Below, piece by piece: positions 28,610 to 38,783 of a DNA stretch of 64,000 bases (positions within the stretch are counted from its first letter, which is position 1; each line of letters begins with the position of its first letter). Both the position numbers and the translations under genes were made by a program. Under the pieces are notes generated by a model. That model was not told the origin of the DNA. It saw nothing but the letters and a program-made list of their open reading frames with translations, and did no database searches. The stretch covers positions 39,807 through 103,806 of the forward strand of contig JAGWOI010000005.1 of NCBI GenBank assembly GCA_028870995.1, read 5' to 3'. Source of the stretch: Candidatus Omnitrophota bacterium. Lineage in GTDB: Bacteria; Omnitrophota; Gorgyraeia; Zapsychrales; Fredricksoniimonadaceae.

Positions 28610-30499
28610 ATGAGTCATCATCATCTTTATTTTATCATCGGTGTTCCTCTGATCGGCATCGCATTTCTGGATGTCGTCCTGTTTTATCTTCTCTTTAAGA
28701 ATAACCCGCAAAATAGGAATTTGAACAAATCCATCGGATTGATGTGCCTTATCACCGCCGCCTATGCCTTTTTTGGAGGCATTGTGTATATCCGGGGTGG
28801 TTTGGGGCTTAATTATATTTTCTTTTACAAATGCTGCTGGATAGGGTGGCTTGGGATGGCCCCTATTTACCAGTTCATGTATTACATCAAGGACGACAAA
28901 AGCAAGACAGCCCTGAATATTGGAGTTGGCCTGTACGTTTTTTGGATTATCGCCTTTGCTCTTTGTTTTATCGGCAATTGGATGGAACCAGGAGCCAAAA
29001 CTCTTATTCCTTATGTTCCTGTTTACGGCATCCTGGAAAGGCCGGTGCGCACGATCGGCGGCGTGATGTTGCTGTATGCCATTTACAGGCTGTTTATCGT
29101 CAGGAATGAAGTCTCCGGAATCAAGAAAATCCAAATTAACTATGTCATTTTAGGCCTGATCATCTACGCTTTCGGGGCCAGCGTCACTTCTTGTTTCCTC
29201 TCCCTGGTCGGCGGATTGGGGTTTGATCCAGCCCTGACCTCTTATTTCAGCTTGCCGTTGACCCTGTTGATATTCTACGCCATCACCCGTTACAGGCTGT
29301 TTGATGTCCAGATCATCATTTCCAATGCCTTATCCACCATTATCCTGACGCTGGTCCTGGGCATGATCAATATCGCCATCTTTAGGGCGCTTGAGCCGTT
29401 CATAGGCTACACATGGGCCATTTTTATTTCCATGTTTGTGACCGTCATAGTTTTTTTAAGGACACCCTTGCGGCGCATGGTCCAGGGCGGCTTCTCCGAC
29501 ACCCTGCTGGGAGATAAATATAATTACCAGACTATCTTAAGGGAATCCACGCGCGCCATCGTCACCATCCTGGACCAGGAGGAGCTGCTGAATTACCTGG
29601 TCCATATCCTTCAGCAAAGCTTCAAAGTCCGTAAGGTCTGCCTGTTTTTGAAACACGCGGAAGGCCCTTATTACATCCGTTATCAATGGGGGATGGGCAA
29701 AATTCCACCGGGACTGCAGTTTTCCGATGAGAAGATCATCGAATGGTTGAAAAAGAGCAGGCAGATCTTCATCAAGGAAGAACAGCAGGGGATGTTGACC
29801 AGGGAAAAATTCGACCAGCTTTATGATAAGCTTGATGTGGTCGAAGCCAATCTGGTCCTGCCGTTGTTTTTCAAAGATAACCTGATCGGCTTTTTGACCC
29901 TCGGCCCCAGCGAGGACGACCGGCCTTACGCCCAAAGCGATATCGATATCCTGATGACCCTGACCGGCCAAACCGCGATTGCCATTGAAAACGCCAGGCT
30001 TTACACGGAGGCCATTACCGATGGACTGACAGGTTTATATCATCATAAATATTTTATGATGCGTCTTTCGGAGGAGCTCCAGCGCGCCCAGCGCTACAGC
30101 AGGCCTTTGAGTTTATTGTTGATCGATGTGGATCATTTTAAGAACATCAACGACGTGTGCGGTCATCTGGCGGGGGACAAAGTGTTGGTGGGGGTTGCCG
30201 AATTCATTAAAAAGAGCCACCGGACCAGTGATATTGTCGCCAGGTACGGCGGCGAAGAATTTGCCGTCATCCTTCCGGACACCGATTTGCAGGGGGCTCT
30301 GATCCCCGCCAAAAGATTAAGAGAAGCGATCGAGGCAACCCCCTTCGAAGGCAATCTGGTGGTCACCGTCAGTATTGGGGTGGCTTTCTTAAAACCGAAT
30401 GATAAGCAGTTAAAGACCGAGGATTTTGTCGCCGAAGTAGACAAGGCGCTTTATCGTGCCAAAGAAAACGGCAGGAACCGCATCGAGGTGGCGAGTTAA
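28610..30499 (+). CDS. membrane-bound sensor diguanylate cyclase (multi-TM N-terminus + GAF-like + GGDEF)
   Basis: About 8 TM helices in the first 280 aa; GGEEF active site (RYGGEEFAV) with an RxxD-like I-site context. Confidence 0.85.
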   Translation: MSHHHLYFIIGVPLIGIAFLDVVLFYLLFKNNPQNRNLNKSIGLMCLITAAYAFFGGIVYIRGGLGLNYIFFYKCCWIGWLGMAPIYQFMYYIKDDKSKTALNIGVGLYVFWIIAFALCFIGNWMEPGAKTLIPYVPVYGILERPVRTIGGVMLLYAIYRLFIVRNEVSGIKKIQINYVILGLIIYAFGASVTSCFLSLVGGLGFDPALTSYFSLPLTLLIFYAITRYRLFDVQIIISNALSTIILTLVLGMINIAIFRALEPFIGYTWAIFISMFVTVIVFLRTPLRRMVQGGFSDTLLGDKYNYQTILRESTRAIVTILDQEELLNYLVHILQQSFKVRKVCLFLKHAEGPYYIRYQWGMGKIPPGLQFSDEKIIEWLKKSRQIFIKEEQQGMLTREKFDQLYDKLDVVEANLVLPLFFKDNLIGFLTLGPSEDDRPYAQSDIDILMTLTGQTAIAIENARLYTEAITDGLTGLYHHKYFMMRLSEELQRAQRYSRPLSLLLIDVDHFKNINDVCGHLAGDKVLVGVAEFIKKSHRTSDIVARYGGEEFAVILPDTDLQGALIPAKRLREAIEATPFEGNLVVTVSIGVAFLKPNDKQLKTEDFVAEVDKALYRAKENGRNRIEVAS

Positions 30500-30957
30500 T
30501 ATGCTCTCCACGATTTGGTCCTGCTGTCGTAGATTTCCTTGACCCTTTTGTTGTCCGCAACGCCGTCTTCCACCGGCCAGGCCGTGGCCTCCAGTTTATT
30601 GCCGTCCGGATCATAGAAATAAAGCGACCAGGATTTGGGGCGCTTCTTGGCGAATTCGATATTGACGTCATGGGCCTCCAGGTGGGCGATCATGGCATCG
30701 AAGTCGTTGCTGTGTACGCGGAAAGAAAAGTGGTTGGCTCCCAGGCCTTCATGGGCGAACAGATGCGCGCTGCTTAAATCCTTGGCCTGGATGATGCCCA
30801 ACAGCGAGCTGCCGCAGTCTAAAAAATATTCGATACCGGGCTTGGAAGGTTCGCGCTCGGTCACCTTAAGGCCAATGACCTTAGTGTAAAATTGCATGGA
30901 TTTATCTAAATCCTTCACGTTGAACGCTACGTGATCTATACCTTGAATTGAAATCAT
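30496..30957 (-). CDS. VOC/glyoxalase-family protein
   Basis: 153 aa; paired beta-alpha-beta-beta-beta modules (HVAFNVKDLDKS ... HFSFRV). Confidence 0.7.
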   Translation of the reverse strand: MISIQGIDHVAFNVKDLDKSMQFYTKVIGLKVTEREPSKPGIEYFLDCGSSLLGIIQAKDLSSAHLFAHEGLGANHFSFRVHSNDFDAMIAHLEAHDVNIEFAKKRPKSWSLYFYDPDGNKLEATAWPVEDGVADNKRVKEIYDSRTKSWRAY

Positions 30958-31799
30958 ATCTTTATTCTCTTCTCTACTTTTTTATTCTTAAAAGTCAAAT
31001 ATTCGCTGTAGCCGGCTGACCGGGCCAGGTCCACGGCCTTGTCAAAGTCTCTGCCGACGTCTTTCGGGTCATGCGCATCGGAACCAAAGGTCAGCGGTAC
31101 GCCCGCTTCGCAGTATATTTTCAGGCAGTGGGGCGCAGGATACATTTCGCTGATGGGTTTACGCAGGCCGGCCGTGTTGATCTCCACCGCCACCCCCGTT
31201 TCTTTAAAGACCTTGGCCGTGGCCTTGATCTCATCGGTCAGGTCAACGCTGGGCCGGGCGCCGAATTTTTTGGGTAAATCGCAATGGCCGATGATCTGGA
31301 AAAATCCGGTTTTGGCCGACTGCCTTAGAAGTCCGTAATATTTGCGATAGACGTCATTGACGTCATGGATTTTCCAGTATTCTTTGACCTTTGGATCAGG
31401 GTCATCAAAGGCCCAGTCATCGATAAAGTGTACGGAGCCGATGATGTAATCATAAGGGTAGCTGTCGATGATAGCCTTGGTTTTAGATTCATATCCGGGG
31501 AGAAAATCTGATTCCAGGGCGATCTTGACATCGATTTGAGCAGCGTACCGGCTGCGCACATCCTCGATCAGGGCATTATATTGAGGCAGCTCATCCATTG
31601 CCATGGTGATGCCCGGCATGGGCTTGTGCACCATGGGGGCATGGTCGGAAAAACCCATTTCTTTAAGGCCTAGCCTGACCGCTTGCTTGACATATTCTTC
31701 AGGGCTGCCCACCGCGTGGCCGCACAGCGGGGTATGCATATGGTAATCGGCGAAAGGAATCATGGCCAAGATTATAGCCTTTAGCCTGCGCGTTTTCAA
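30954..31799 (-). CDS. PHP-family histidinol-phosphatase-like hydrolase
   Basis: HMHT PHP N-terminal motif (ADYHMHTPLCGHA); conserved His/Asp ligands along the sequence. Confidence 0.7.
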   Translation of the reverse strand: MKTRRLKAIILAMIPFADYHMHTPLCGHAVGSPEEYVKQAVRLGLKEMGFSDHAPMVHKPMPGITMAMDELPQYNALIEDVRSRYAAQIDVKIALESDFLPGYESKTKAIIDSYPYDYIIGSVHFIDDWAFDDPDPKVKEYWKIHDVNDVYRKYYGLLRQSAKTGFFQIIGHCDLPKKFGARPSVDLTDEIKATAKVFKETGVAVEINTAGLRKPISEMYPAPHCLKIYCEAGVPLTFGSDAHDPKDVGRDFDKAVDLARSAGYSEYLTFKNKKVEKRIKI

Positions 31800-31830
31800 A
31801 AACTATTTGAAGTTGAATAGATAGGGCCTT

Positions 31831-32391
31831 TTGTGCTATTATTGCCATTCTATGGAGAATTATTTTCGTAAAATGCTGGAATATATCGGCGAGGACCCCA
31901 ACCGCGAAGGTCTTATAAAGACGCCTCAGCGCGCCGCCCGCGCCTTTGAATTTCTGACCCAGGGGTATAAAAAGGATGTTCAGGAGATCGTCAATGGAGC
32001 GATTTTTTCCTCCGATAATGACGAAATGGTCATTATCAAGAACATCGAATTATATTCGCTTTGCGAGCACCATCTCCTGCCGTTTTTCGGCAAGGCCCAT
32101 GTGGGTTATATCCCAAAGGGCAAGATCATCGGCCTTTCCAAGATCGCCCGCATCGTGGACATGTATGCCCGCCGCCTGCAGGTACAGGAAAACCTGACCA
32201 AGGAGATCGCCGAGACCATCATGGAGGTCACGGGCGCCCTGGGGGTAGGGGTGGTGATCGAAGCCCAGCACCTGTGCATGATGATGCGCGGGGTGGAGAA
32301 ACAAAATTCGGTGATGAAGACTTCCTGCCTGTTGGGGGCTTTTCGCAAGACCGAAGCCACCCGCAAAGAATTTCTGTCGTTAATTGCATAA
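31831..32391 (+). CDS. folE: GTP cyclohydrolase I
   Basis: CEHHLLPF and GYIP motifs; the true start may be the internal Met at 31852. Confidence 0.9.
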   Translation: MCYYCHSMENYFRKMLEYIGEDPNREGLIKTPQRAARAFEFLTQGYKKDVQEIVNGAIFSSDNDEMVIIKNIELYSLCEHHLLPFFGKAHVGYIPKGKIIGLSKIARIVDMYARRLQVQENLTKEIAETIMEVTGALGVGVVIEAQHLCMMMRGVEKQNSVMKTSCLLGAFRKTEATRKEFLSLIA

Positions 32392-33118
32392 TATGCCCTC
32401 CAGGATAAAAGGAACAGCCTTGGTCACAGGAGCGGCCAAACGTCTTGGCCGTGAAGCGGCGTTGTATTTGGCTAAAGAAGGCTATGCTGTTGCGCTGCAC
32501 TATCACCGCTCCAAGCCGGAAGCCATGTCCGCCCAGAAGGCCATTTGCAAAATGGGGGTGCGCTGCGAGCTTTTTTGCGCTGACCTTAATGATGAGGCCC
32601 AAACCCTTGCCTTGTTGCCGGAAGTATTTAAAGCCTTCCCCACCCTTAATCTGTTGGTCAACAGCGCTTCGATTTTTATCCCCAATCAATTCGGCGCCCT
32701 TGATCTGACCCTGTTTAAGAACCATTGGAATGTCAATTTCAAGGCTCCCTATGTCTTGGGCTGCGAGTTCGCCCGACTGGTCAAAAAGGGGCATGTCATT
32801 AATTTCGTGGATACCAATGTCGTTAAGTACAAGACCAGGTATGCCGATTATCTAATGACTAAAAAGGCTTTGCTGGAATTCACCAGGATGGCTGCGGTGC
32901 AGTGGGGGCCGTCCATCAGGGTCAACGGCATATCGCCGGGCATGATCCTGCCGCCGGTCAACGACCAGCCGGATGACCGGCTCAAACGCGCCCGGAGCAT
33001 ACCTTTACAGCGGGTGGGCAATCCAGCCAATATTTTGCAAAGTTTGCGGTTTTTATTGGAAAATGATTATTTAACGGGACAAATCATCGCCAATGACGGC
33101 GGAGAAAGTTTGGTATAA
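32384..33118 (+). CDS. SDR-family pteridine reductase-like enzyme (FolM/PTR1-like)
   Basis: TGAAKRLG Rossmann motif; YxxxK (YADYLMTKK); located between folE and folB. Confidence 0.6.
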   Translation: MHNMPSRIKGTALVTGAAKRLGREAALYLAKEGYAVALHYHRSKPEAMSAQKAICKMGVRCELFCADLNDEAQTLALLPEVFKAFPTLNLLVNSASIFIPNQFGALDLTLFKNHWNVNFKAPYVLGCEFARLVKKGHVINFVDTNVVKYKTRYADYLMTKKALLEFTRMAAVQWGPSIRVNGISPGMILPPVNDQPDDRLKRARSIPLQRVGNPANILQSLRFLLENDYLTGQIIANDGGESLV

Positions 33119-33126
33119 GGTCCGGT

Positions 33127-33474
33127 ATGGCTATCATTAAGATCAACGATTTGAAGGTACGCACCTTGATCGGCGCCTATCCTTTGGAAAGGGTTAACAA
33201 GCAGGAAATAACCCTTAATATCACCCTTGAATATGACGCCGCGGCTGCCAGCCGTTCCGATAAACTCAAGGACGCGCTTAATTATGAGACACTGGCGGCC
33301 AAGGCTGTCAAGATCGCTCAAGGGCGGCACACATTATTAGAGAAGCTGGTTTCTAAAATTTTGGCTGGTATCATGGCCGATAAGAGGGTTATGAAGGCAA
33401 CCGTAAGGGTGGATAAGCCCCATGCCTGTGCCTATGCCCGCTGCGTGTCCTGTGAGCTTTCAGCAGAGCGTTAA
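33127..33474 (+). CDS. folB: dihydroneopterin aldolase
   Basis: 115 aa; FolB N-terminus IKINDLKVRTLIGAYPLER. Confidence 0.85.
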   Translation: MAIIKINDLKVRTLIGAYPLERVNKQEITLNITLEYDAAAASRSDKLKDALNYETLAAKAVKIAQGRHTLLEKLVSKILAGIMADKRVMKATVRVDKPHACAYARCVSCELSAER

Positions 33475-33523
33475 AAGGTAAAATTTTGCTTGCAGGCCAT
33501 TTTTTCATTGGTAATATACGCAT

Positions 33524-34264
33524 ATGTCATTCAAAGATGAAGTGGTTTTAGTCACCGGCTCCACCCGCGGCATTGGTTTAGGGGTGGCTCAGGCCTTTGC
33601 CCAGCAAGGCGCCAAGGTCATTATTATTGGGACCAATGAGGCCAAGGCCAGGGAAGTGGCCGCCCAGCTGGCGGCCCAAGGTCTTGCTGCAGAGGGATTT
33701 GGCTGCGATGTGACCGATTTGTCCAGCGTCCAAGAAACTGTTAATAAAATTCTTGACATTCATAAGCGCATTGATATATTAGTCAACAACGCTGGCATTA
33801 CGCGTGATAATCTCCTCTTGAGACTTGATGAAAACGATTGGGACCAGGTCATTAAGGTCAATCTCAAGGGAACTTTTAATGTTACCAAGATTGCCGGCAG
33901 GGTGATGTTAAAGGCCCGAAAGGGACGGATCATCAACATCGCCTCGGTCATCGGCCTTACCGGTAATATCGGCCAGGCCAATTATGCCGCCAGCAAGGCC
34001 GGCATCATTGCTTTTTCTAAGTCTGCAGCCAAGGAATTTGCTCAGAGGAACATTACGGTCAATTGTGTTGCTCCGGGATATATCCGTACGGATATGACGG
34101 CCAAGGTTGCCGAGGCCGTTCAGGCAAAAGTTCTTGAACATATCCCCTTGTCCCGGTTCGGTGAAGCTTCTGATGTGGCCGGTGTTTGTTTATTCTTAGC
34201 TTCCCCGGCAGCCGATTACATTACAGGACAGACGATCGTCGTGGACGGCGGATTGACGATATAA
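33524..34264 (+). CDS. fabG: 3-oxoacyl-[ACP] reductase
   Basis: GSTRGIG, NNAG and YAASK SDR motifs; followed by acpP and fabF. Confidence 0.9.
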   Translation: MSFKDEVVLVTGSTRGIGLGVAQAFAQQGAKVIIIGTNEAKAREVAAQLAAQGLAAEGFGCDVTDLSSVQETVNKILDIHKRIDILVNNAGITRDNLLLRLDENDWDQVIKVNLKGTFNVTKIAGRVMLKARKGRIINIASVIGLTGNIGQANYAASKAGIIAFSKSAAKEFAQRNITVNCVAPGYIRTDMTAKVAEAVQAKVLEHIPLSRFGEASDVAGVCLFLASPAADYITGQTIVVDGGLTI

Positions 34265-34303
34265 AACAGTCTTTAAACGCAGCAACAACTCCAGGAGGAA
34301 CAC

Positions 34304-34540
34304 ATGGCAGTAGAAAGCAAGATAAAATCGATCATCGCGGAACAATTGGGTGTCAAGCCCGAAGAGGTCACGCCCAACGCTTCTTTCGTGGACGATTTAG
34401 GCGCTGATTCCTTGGATACCGTCGAGCTTATCATGGCGCTGGAAGAGGAGTTCAACATCGAAATCCCCGATGAGGATGCCGAAAAAATGAAAACCGTTGG
34501 CGACGCGATCAAGTACATTGAAGAAAAAGCCAGCGCTTGA
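34304..34540 (+). CDS. acpP: acyl carrier protein
   Basis: 78 aa; DLGADSLD phosphopantetheine attachment site. Confidence 0.95.
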   Translation: MAVESKIKSIIAEQLGVKPEEVTPNASFVDDLGADSLDTVELIMALEEEFNIEIPDEDAEKMKTVGDAIKYIEEKASA

Positions 34541-34568
34541 GTTCCCGTTTAATTGAAGTCCATGATTT

Positions 34569-34616
34569 TTGCCCCTACCGCTTTAGGCTTGTCCAAGGCC
34601 TGACCGTAGGGGCAAA
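34569..34616 (+). terminator. stem-loop downstream of acpP (partial terminator/attenuator)
   Basis: TTGCCCCTACCG (34569-34580) pairs with CGGTAGGGGCAA (34605-34616); the weak T-tract suggests partial read-through to fabF. Confidence 0.35.
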
Positions 34617-34640
34617 CCTTTAATAGGGGGTCTAGGATCC

Positions 34641-35885
34641 ATGCACAAAAATAGAGTCGTGATTACCGGAATGGGCGTGCTTTCGCCCGTCGGATGCGGG
34701 ATTCAAAAGTTTTGGCAGTCTATATTGGCCGGCCAAAGCGGGATCCGTCCCATCGCCCATTTTGATGCCGCTCTTTTTGATTCACGGGTCAACGGTGACG
34801 TGATCGATTACGATCCTTTGCAGCATTTTAATTCCAAGGACGCCCGCAATTTGTCTCGTTTTATCCAATTCGGTGTGGTGGCGGCCCACGAGGCCCTGGC
34901 CCAGGCGGGGCTTGATATCCGCCAGATGGACACCTCACGCGCCGCGGTGGTGGTGGGTTCGGGTATCGGCAGCATTTATTCCGCCGAAGAAGAATATGAA
35001 AAATTTATAGAGAAAGGGCCTTCACGCATTTCGCCTTTTTTCATCACCCGCATGATCATTAATGAAGCGGCGGGACAGATCGCCATTAACACAGGTGCTT
35101 CAGGCCCGTGTTTTGCCATTGCCACGGCGTGTGCGACCGCCAACAACTGTATCGGCGAGGCCATGCGCATGATCCAGCACGGCGAGGCCGATGTGGTGAT
35201 TGCCGGTGGTACGGAAAGTGCCACTTCCAAGCTGGGGGTGGGCGGTTTTTGTGCCTTGAAAGCTTTGTCCAAACGTAATGATGAGCCTGCCAAGGCCAGC
35301 CGTCCTTTTGATCTCAACCGTGACGGTTTTGTCATGGGCGAGGGGGCCGGCATTGTGGTCCTGGAAAGTCTTGAGTTTGCTCAAAAGCGCGGGGCCAAGA
35401 TTTTGGCGGAACTGGCCGGTTACGGACGCACCTGCGATGCCTACCATATCACAGCACCCCATGCCGAGGGATTGGGAGCTCTGAAAGCCATGGAAATGGC
35501 CATCAAGGATGCCGGTTTAAAACCCACGGATATCAATTATATTAACGCGCACGGGACTTCCACCAAACTCAATGACTCCATTGAGACCCTGGCTATCAAG
35601 AAATTATTCGGCGATCATGCCAAGAAGGTGCCTATTTCTTCTACCAAATCCATGACCGGTCATTTGCTGGGTGCTGCCGGCGGTGTCGAATTGGTGGCTT
35701 GCATCATGTCGATCCTGGAAAATAAGGTGCACCCGACCATTAATTACGAAACTCCTGATCCGGAATGCGATCTGGATTATGTGCCCAATGTATCCCGCCA
35801 GGTAAAGGTGGACGCTGCCTTGTCGAATTCGTTAGGATTCGGCGGTCATAATGCCACCTTGATTGTTAAACGCTTCAAAGCATAA
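34641..35885 (+). CDS. fabF: 3-oxoacyl-[ACP] synthase II
   Basis: 414 aa; Cys-His-His triad contexts (ATACAT, HGTST, GHLLGAAG). Confidence 0.93.
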   Translation: MHKNRVVITGMGVLSPVGCGIQKFWQSILAGQSGIRPIAHFDAALFDSRVNGDVIDYDPLQHFNSKDARNLSRFIQFGVVAAHEALAQAGLDIRQMDTSRAAVVVGSGIGSIYSAEEEYEKFIEKGPSRISPFFITRMIINEAAGQIAINTGASGPCFAIATACATANNCIGEAMRMIQHGEADVVIAGGTESATSKLGVGGFCALKALSKRNDEPAKASRPFDLNRDGFVMGEGAGIVVLESLEFAQKRGAKILAELAGYGRTCDAYHITAPHAEGLGALKAMEMAIKDAGLKPTDINYINAHGTSTKLNDSIETLAIKKLFGDHAKKVPISSTKSMTGHLLGAAGGVELVACIMSILENKVHPTINYETPDPECDLDYVPNVSRQVKVDAALSNSLGFGGHNATLIVKRFKA

Positions 35886-35887
35886 CT

Positions 35888-36991
35888 ATGAAAACCTATA
35901 AATTTGCCATCATCCCGGGAGACGGGATCGGTCCCGAAGTTGTGGCCCAAGGCCTCAAAGTTTTGGATGCCGCCGGCCGCAAGTTCGGCTTCAGCACCCA
36001 GCACAAGAATTTTGACTTCGGTGGGAGCCGGTATATTAAAACAGGCAACGTGTTGTCCGATGAGGAATTAAGCAGCCTGCGCGCCTTTGACGCCATTTAT
36101 TTGGGAGCCGTCGGGCATCCGGATGTCACGCCGGGTATTCTAGAAAAGGGCATTTTATTGAAATTACGCTTCGGCCTGGACCAGTACATCAATCTCAGGC
36201 CGGTCCGCTTGTATCAGAATGTGGCGACCCCCATCAAGAACAAAGGTCCTGAGCACATCGATTATGAAGTGGTGCGCGAGAATTCCGGTGACATGTACAT
36301 GGGCAAGGGCGAGATCATCGACGGGGGTACGAATAAGGAAGTTGCCACCCAGATCATGTATTATTCCTATGAGCAGGTGGAGCGTTGTTTGAAATATGCC
36401 TTTGATCGCGTTATGTTACGCCATTCCTTATCACCCTGGAAAGGCTTAAGCGAAGAGGATAAAAAGGCCGGCTATATCGGTAAACTGACCTTGTGCGGCA
36501 AGAGTAATGTGCTGACCAATGTCTTTGGTCTCTGGGACCGCGTTTTGAAGCAGCTGTCCAAGCAGTATCCTAAGGTCAAAACCGATTATTATCATGTGGA
36601 TGCCATGTGCATCTTTTTGATTGAAGCGCCCGAGCGTTTTGATGTGATCACAACCACCAACATGTTTGGCGACATCATTACGGATTTGGCGGCGGTGACC
36701 CAGGGCGGTATGGGGGTTGCTCCGTCGGGCAATATCAACCCGCACGGGGTCAGCATGTTCGAACCGGTGCACGGCAGCGCGCCGCAGTTTACCGGCAAGG
36801 GAATGGCCAATCCCATGGCGGCCATTCTGACGGTCAAATTGATGCTGGAACATTTAGGAGAGTTGAAGGCGGCCTCAGGCATTGATGCGGCCGCGCAGTC
36901 GGTGATGTTAAAAATGAAATCCATGGCTGTAGGTCAGATGGGATATTCTACCGACCAGATCGGGGACATGGTGGCGGAGTCTATAAAATGA
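35888..36991 (+). CDS. isopropylmalate/isocitrate dehydrogenase-family enzyme of the DmlA/TtuC (D-malate/tartrate dehydrogenase) type; possible LeuB function
   Basis: N-terminus MKTYKFAIIPGDGIGPEV; RFDVITTTNMFGDIITDL and FEPVHGSAP motifs match the DmlA/TtuC subfamily as I recall it. Confidence 0.75.
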   Translation: MKTYKFAIIPGDGIGPEVVAQGLKVLDAAGRKFGFSTQHKNFDFGGSRYIKTGNVLSDEELSSLRAFDAIYLGAVGHPDVTPGILEKGILLKLRFGLDQYINLRPVRLYQNVATPIKNKGPEHIDYEVVRENSGDMYMGKGEIIDGGTNKEVATQIMYYSYEQVERCLKYAFDRVMLRHSLSPWKGLSEEDKKAGYIGKLTLCGKSNVLTNVFGLWDRVLKQLSKQYPKVKTDYYHVDAMCIFLIEAPERFDVITTTNMFGDIITDLAAVTQGGMGVAPSGNINPHGVSMFEPVHGSAPQFTGKGMANPMAAILTVKLMLEHLGELKAASGIDAAAQSVMLKMKSMAVGQMGYSTDQIGDMVAESIK

Positions 36992-37971
36992 AAAAGTATA
37001 ATGTGGCTATTTTGGGTATTCGCGGGGCGGTGGGGCAGTGCATGTACCGCATCGTCAAGGAACGGAAATTTCCCGTTGATAAACTGGTGTTGATCTCTCC
37101 CAGCGGAGCGGGCGGCGAACTGGAAGGGCATCAGTATGTGCCGCTGACCAAGGATGTTTTTAAGGGTGTCGATATCGTCCTGTCTTCACCCGGCGCTGAA
37201 ATTTCCAAGGAATGGGCGCCGGTGGCGGCCAAGGCCGGGGCGGTGGTTATTGACAACACCTCGCAATTCCGCATGGATCCGGATGTGCCCCTGGTCGTTC
37301 CGGAGGTCAATCCCGAAGATATCGCCAAGCACAAGGGCATCATCGCCAATCCTAATTGCTCGACGATCCAGATGCTGGTGGCCCTCAAGCCGCTGCATGA
37401 TTTTGCCAAGATCAAACGTATTGTGGTTTCCACCTATCAGGCTGTTTCCGGTGCCGGGGCAGAAGCCGTGGCGGAACTGGAAGATCAATTGGCCGGCAGC
37501 AAGTCGGCCAAGAAGTTCCCCTACCCGATCGCGCACAATTTGATCCCGCAGATCGATGTGTTTACCGAGAATTTTTATACTAAGGAAGAGATGAAAATGG
37601 TCAATGAGACCCGCAAGATGTTCCATGATCCTCATATCCAGGTTTGCCCGACCTGCGTGCGCGTCCCGGTCAAGAACGCCCACTCGGAATCTGTCAATAT
37701 AGAGACCGCAAAGAAGATCACCCGCCAGAAGGCCATTGAACTTTTAAGCCGGGCGCCGGGGGTCAAGGTCATCGACGATGTCGCTGCCTCTAAATATCCT
37801 TTGCCGATCTTAGCCGACGGACGCGATGAGACCTTTGTGGGCCGTATCCGCGAAGATATCTCGATCCCCAACGGGTTGAACCTGTGGGTGGTTTCTGACA
37901 ACCTGCGCAAGGGGGCCGCCCTCAACGCCGTGCAGATCGCGGAAATCCTCATCAAGAATGAAAACGTTTAA
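36988..37971 (+). CDS. asd: aspartate-semialdehyde dehydrogenase
   Basis: GIRGAVG NAD motif; active-site Cys in NPNCSTI. Confidence 0.92.
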   Translation: MKKYNVAILGIRGAVGQCMYRIVKERKFPVDKLVLISPSGAGGELEGHQYVPLTKDVFKGVDIVLSSPGAEISKEWAPVAAKAGAVVIDNTSQFRMDPDVPLVVPEVNPEDIAKHKGIIANPNCSTIQMLVALKPLHDFAKIKRIVVSTYQAVSGAGAEAVAELEDQLAGSKSAKKFPYPIAHNLIPQIDVFTENFYTKEEMKMVNETRKMFHDPHIQVCPTCVRVPVKNAHSESVNIETAKKITRQKAIELLSRAPGVKVIDDVAASKYPLPILADGRDETFVGRIREDISIPNGLNLWVVSDNLRKGAALNAVQIAEILIKNENV

Positions 37972-38701
37972 AATCATCCTTGAGTACGACGGTGCGGGTT
38001 TTTGCGGTTGGCAGGCCCAGGGCCAGGGTGAGCGTACCGTCCAGGGTGAACTGGAAAGTGTTCTTTTAAAAGTTTTTAAAAAGCCGGTTATGGCAATCGC
38101 GTCCGGCCGTACCGACAGCGGGGTGCATGCGCGGGGACAGGCCGTCTCCTTTAAGGCCGATACCCGCATGAAGCCTTTGGAAATCATGCGGGCCTTAAAC
38201 AGCCTTTTGCCCTCCGATGTGGTGGTGCGCGAGGGGACCCGAGTCAAAAGTAATTTTCACGCGCAATACAGCGTCAAAGAAAAGACCTATCGCTACACCG
38301 TTCTAAACCGCGGTTACCGTTCGGCTTTCTTGCGCGATCGCGCTCTTTTTTATCCTTATTCCTTGAATATGACCCGCATGCGCCGGGCCGCACGGCATCT
38401 GGTCGGCCGCCATGATTTTAAATCGTTCCAGGCGTACGATCCCTTGAGGGCCGAACGGCAGACCGTGCGCACGATAAAAAAGCTCGCCCTTAAAAAGGAA
38501 GGAGAGCTCATCTTTATCGACATCACGGCGGATGGTTTTCTTTATAAAATGGTGCGCAATATCGTAGGAACGCTTTTGGCCATCGGCTCCGGCCAGTTAC
38601 CGACGGAGAAAATGGCGGATATTTTGAAAGCCAAGGATCGCAAGGCTGCCGGGGAGACGGCGCCGGCCCACGGCCTTTGTTTGATGCAGGTCAAATATTA
38701 A
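37958..38701 (+). CDS. truA: tRNA pseudouridine(38-40) synthase
   Basis: TruA motifs (GRTDSGVHA catalytic Asp region); 247 aa. Confidence 0.9.
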   Translation: MKTFKIILEYDGAGFCGWQAQGQGERTVQGELESVLLKVFKKPVMAIASGRTDSGVHARGQAVSFKADTRMKPLEIMRALNSLLPSDVVVREGTRVKSNFHAQYSVKEKTYRYTVLNRGYRSAFLRDRALFYPYSLNMTRMRRAARHLVGRHDFKSFQAYDPLRAERQTVRTIKKLALKKEGELIFIDITADGFLYKMVRNIVGTLLAIGSGQLPTEKMADILKAKDRKAAGETAPAHGLCLMQVKY

Positions 38702-38716
38702 AGCGATTAAAAATAT

Positions 38717-38744
38717 TTGACATTTGTCGTAAAGATGTTATATT
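38717..38744 (+). promoter_or_regulatory. sigma70-type promoter for rplM-rpsI (TTGACA - 16 nt - TATATT)
   Basis: Consensus -35 hexamer and near-consensus -10, about 40 nt upstream of the rplM ATG. Confidence 0.5.
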
Positions 38745-38783
38745 TTGAGTTCCGTTTTGGAAGGAATGATCAGAGGTCATTAT

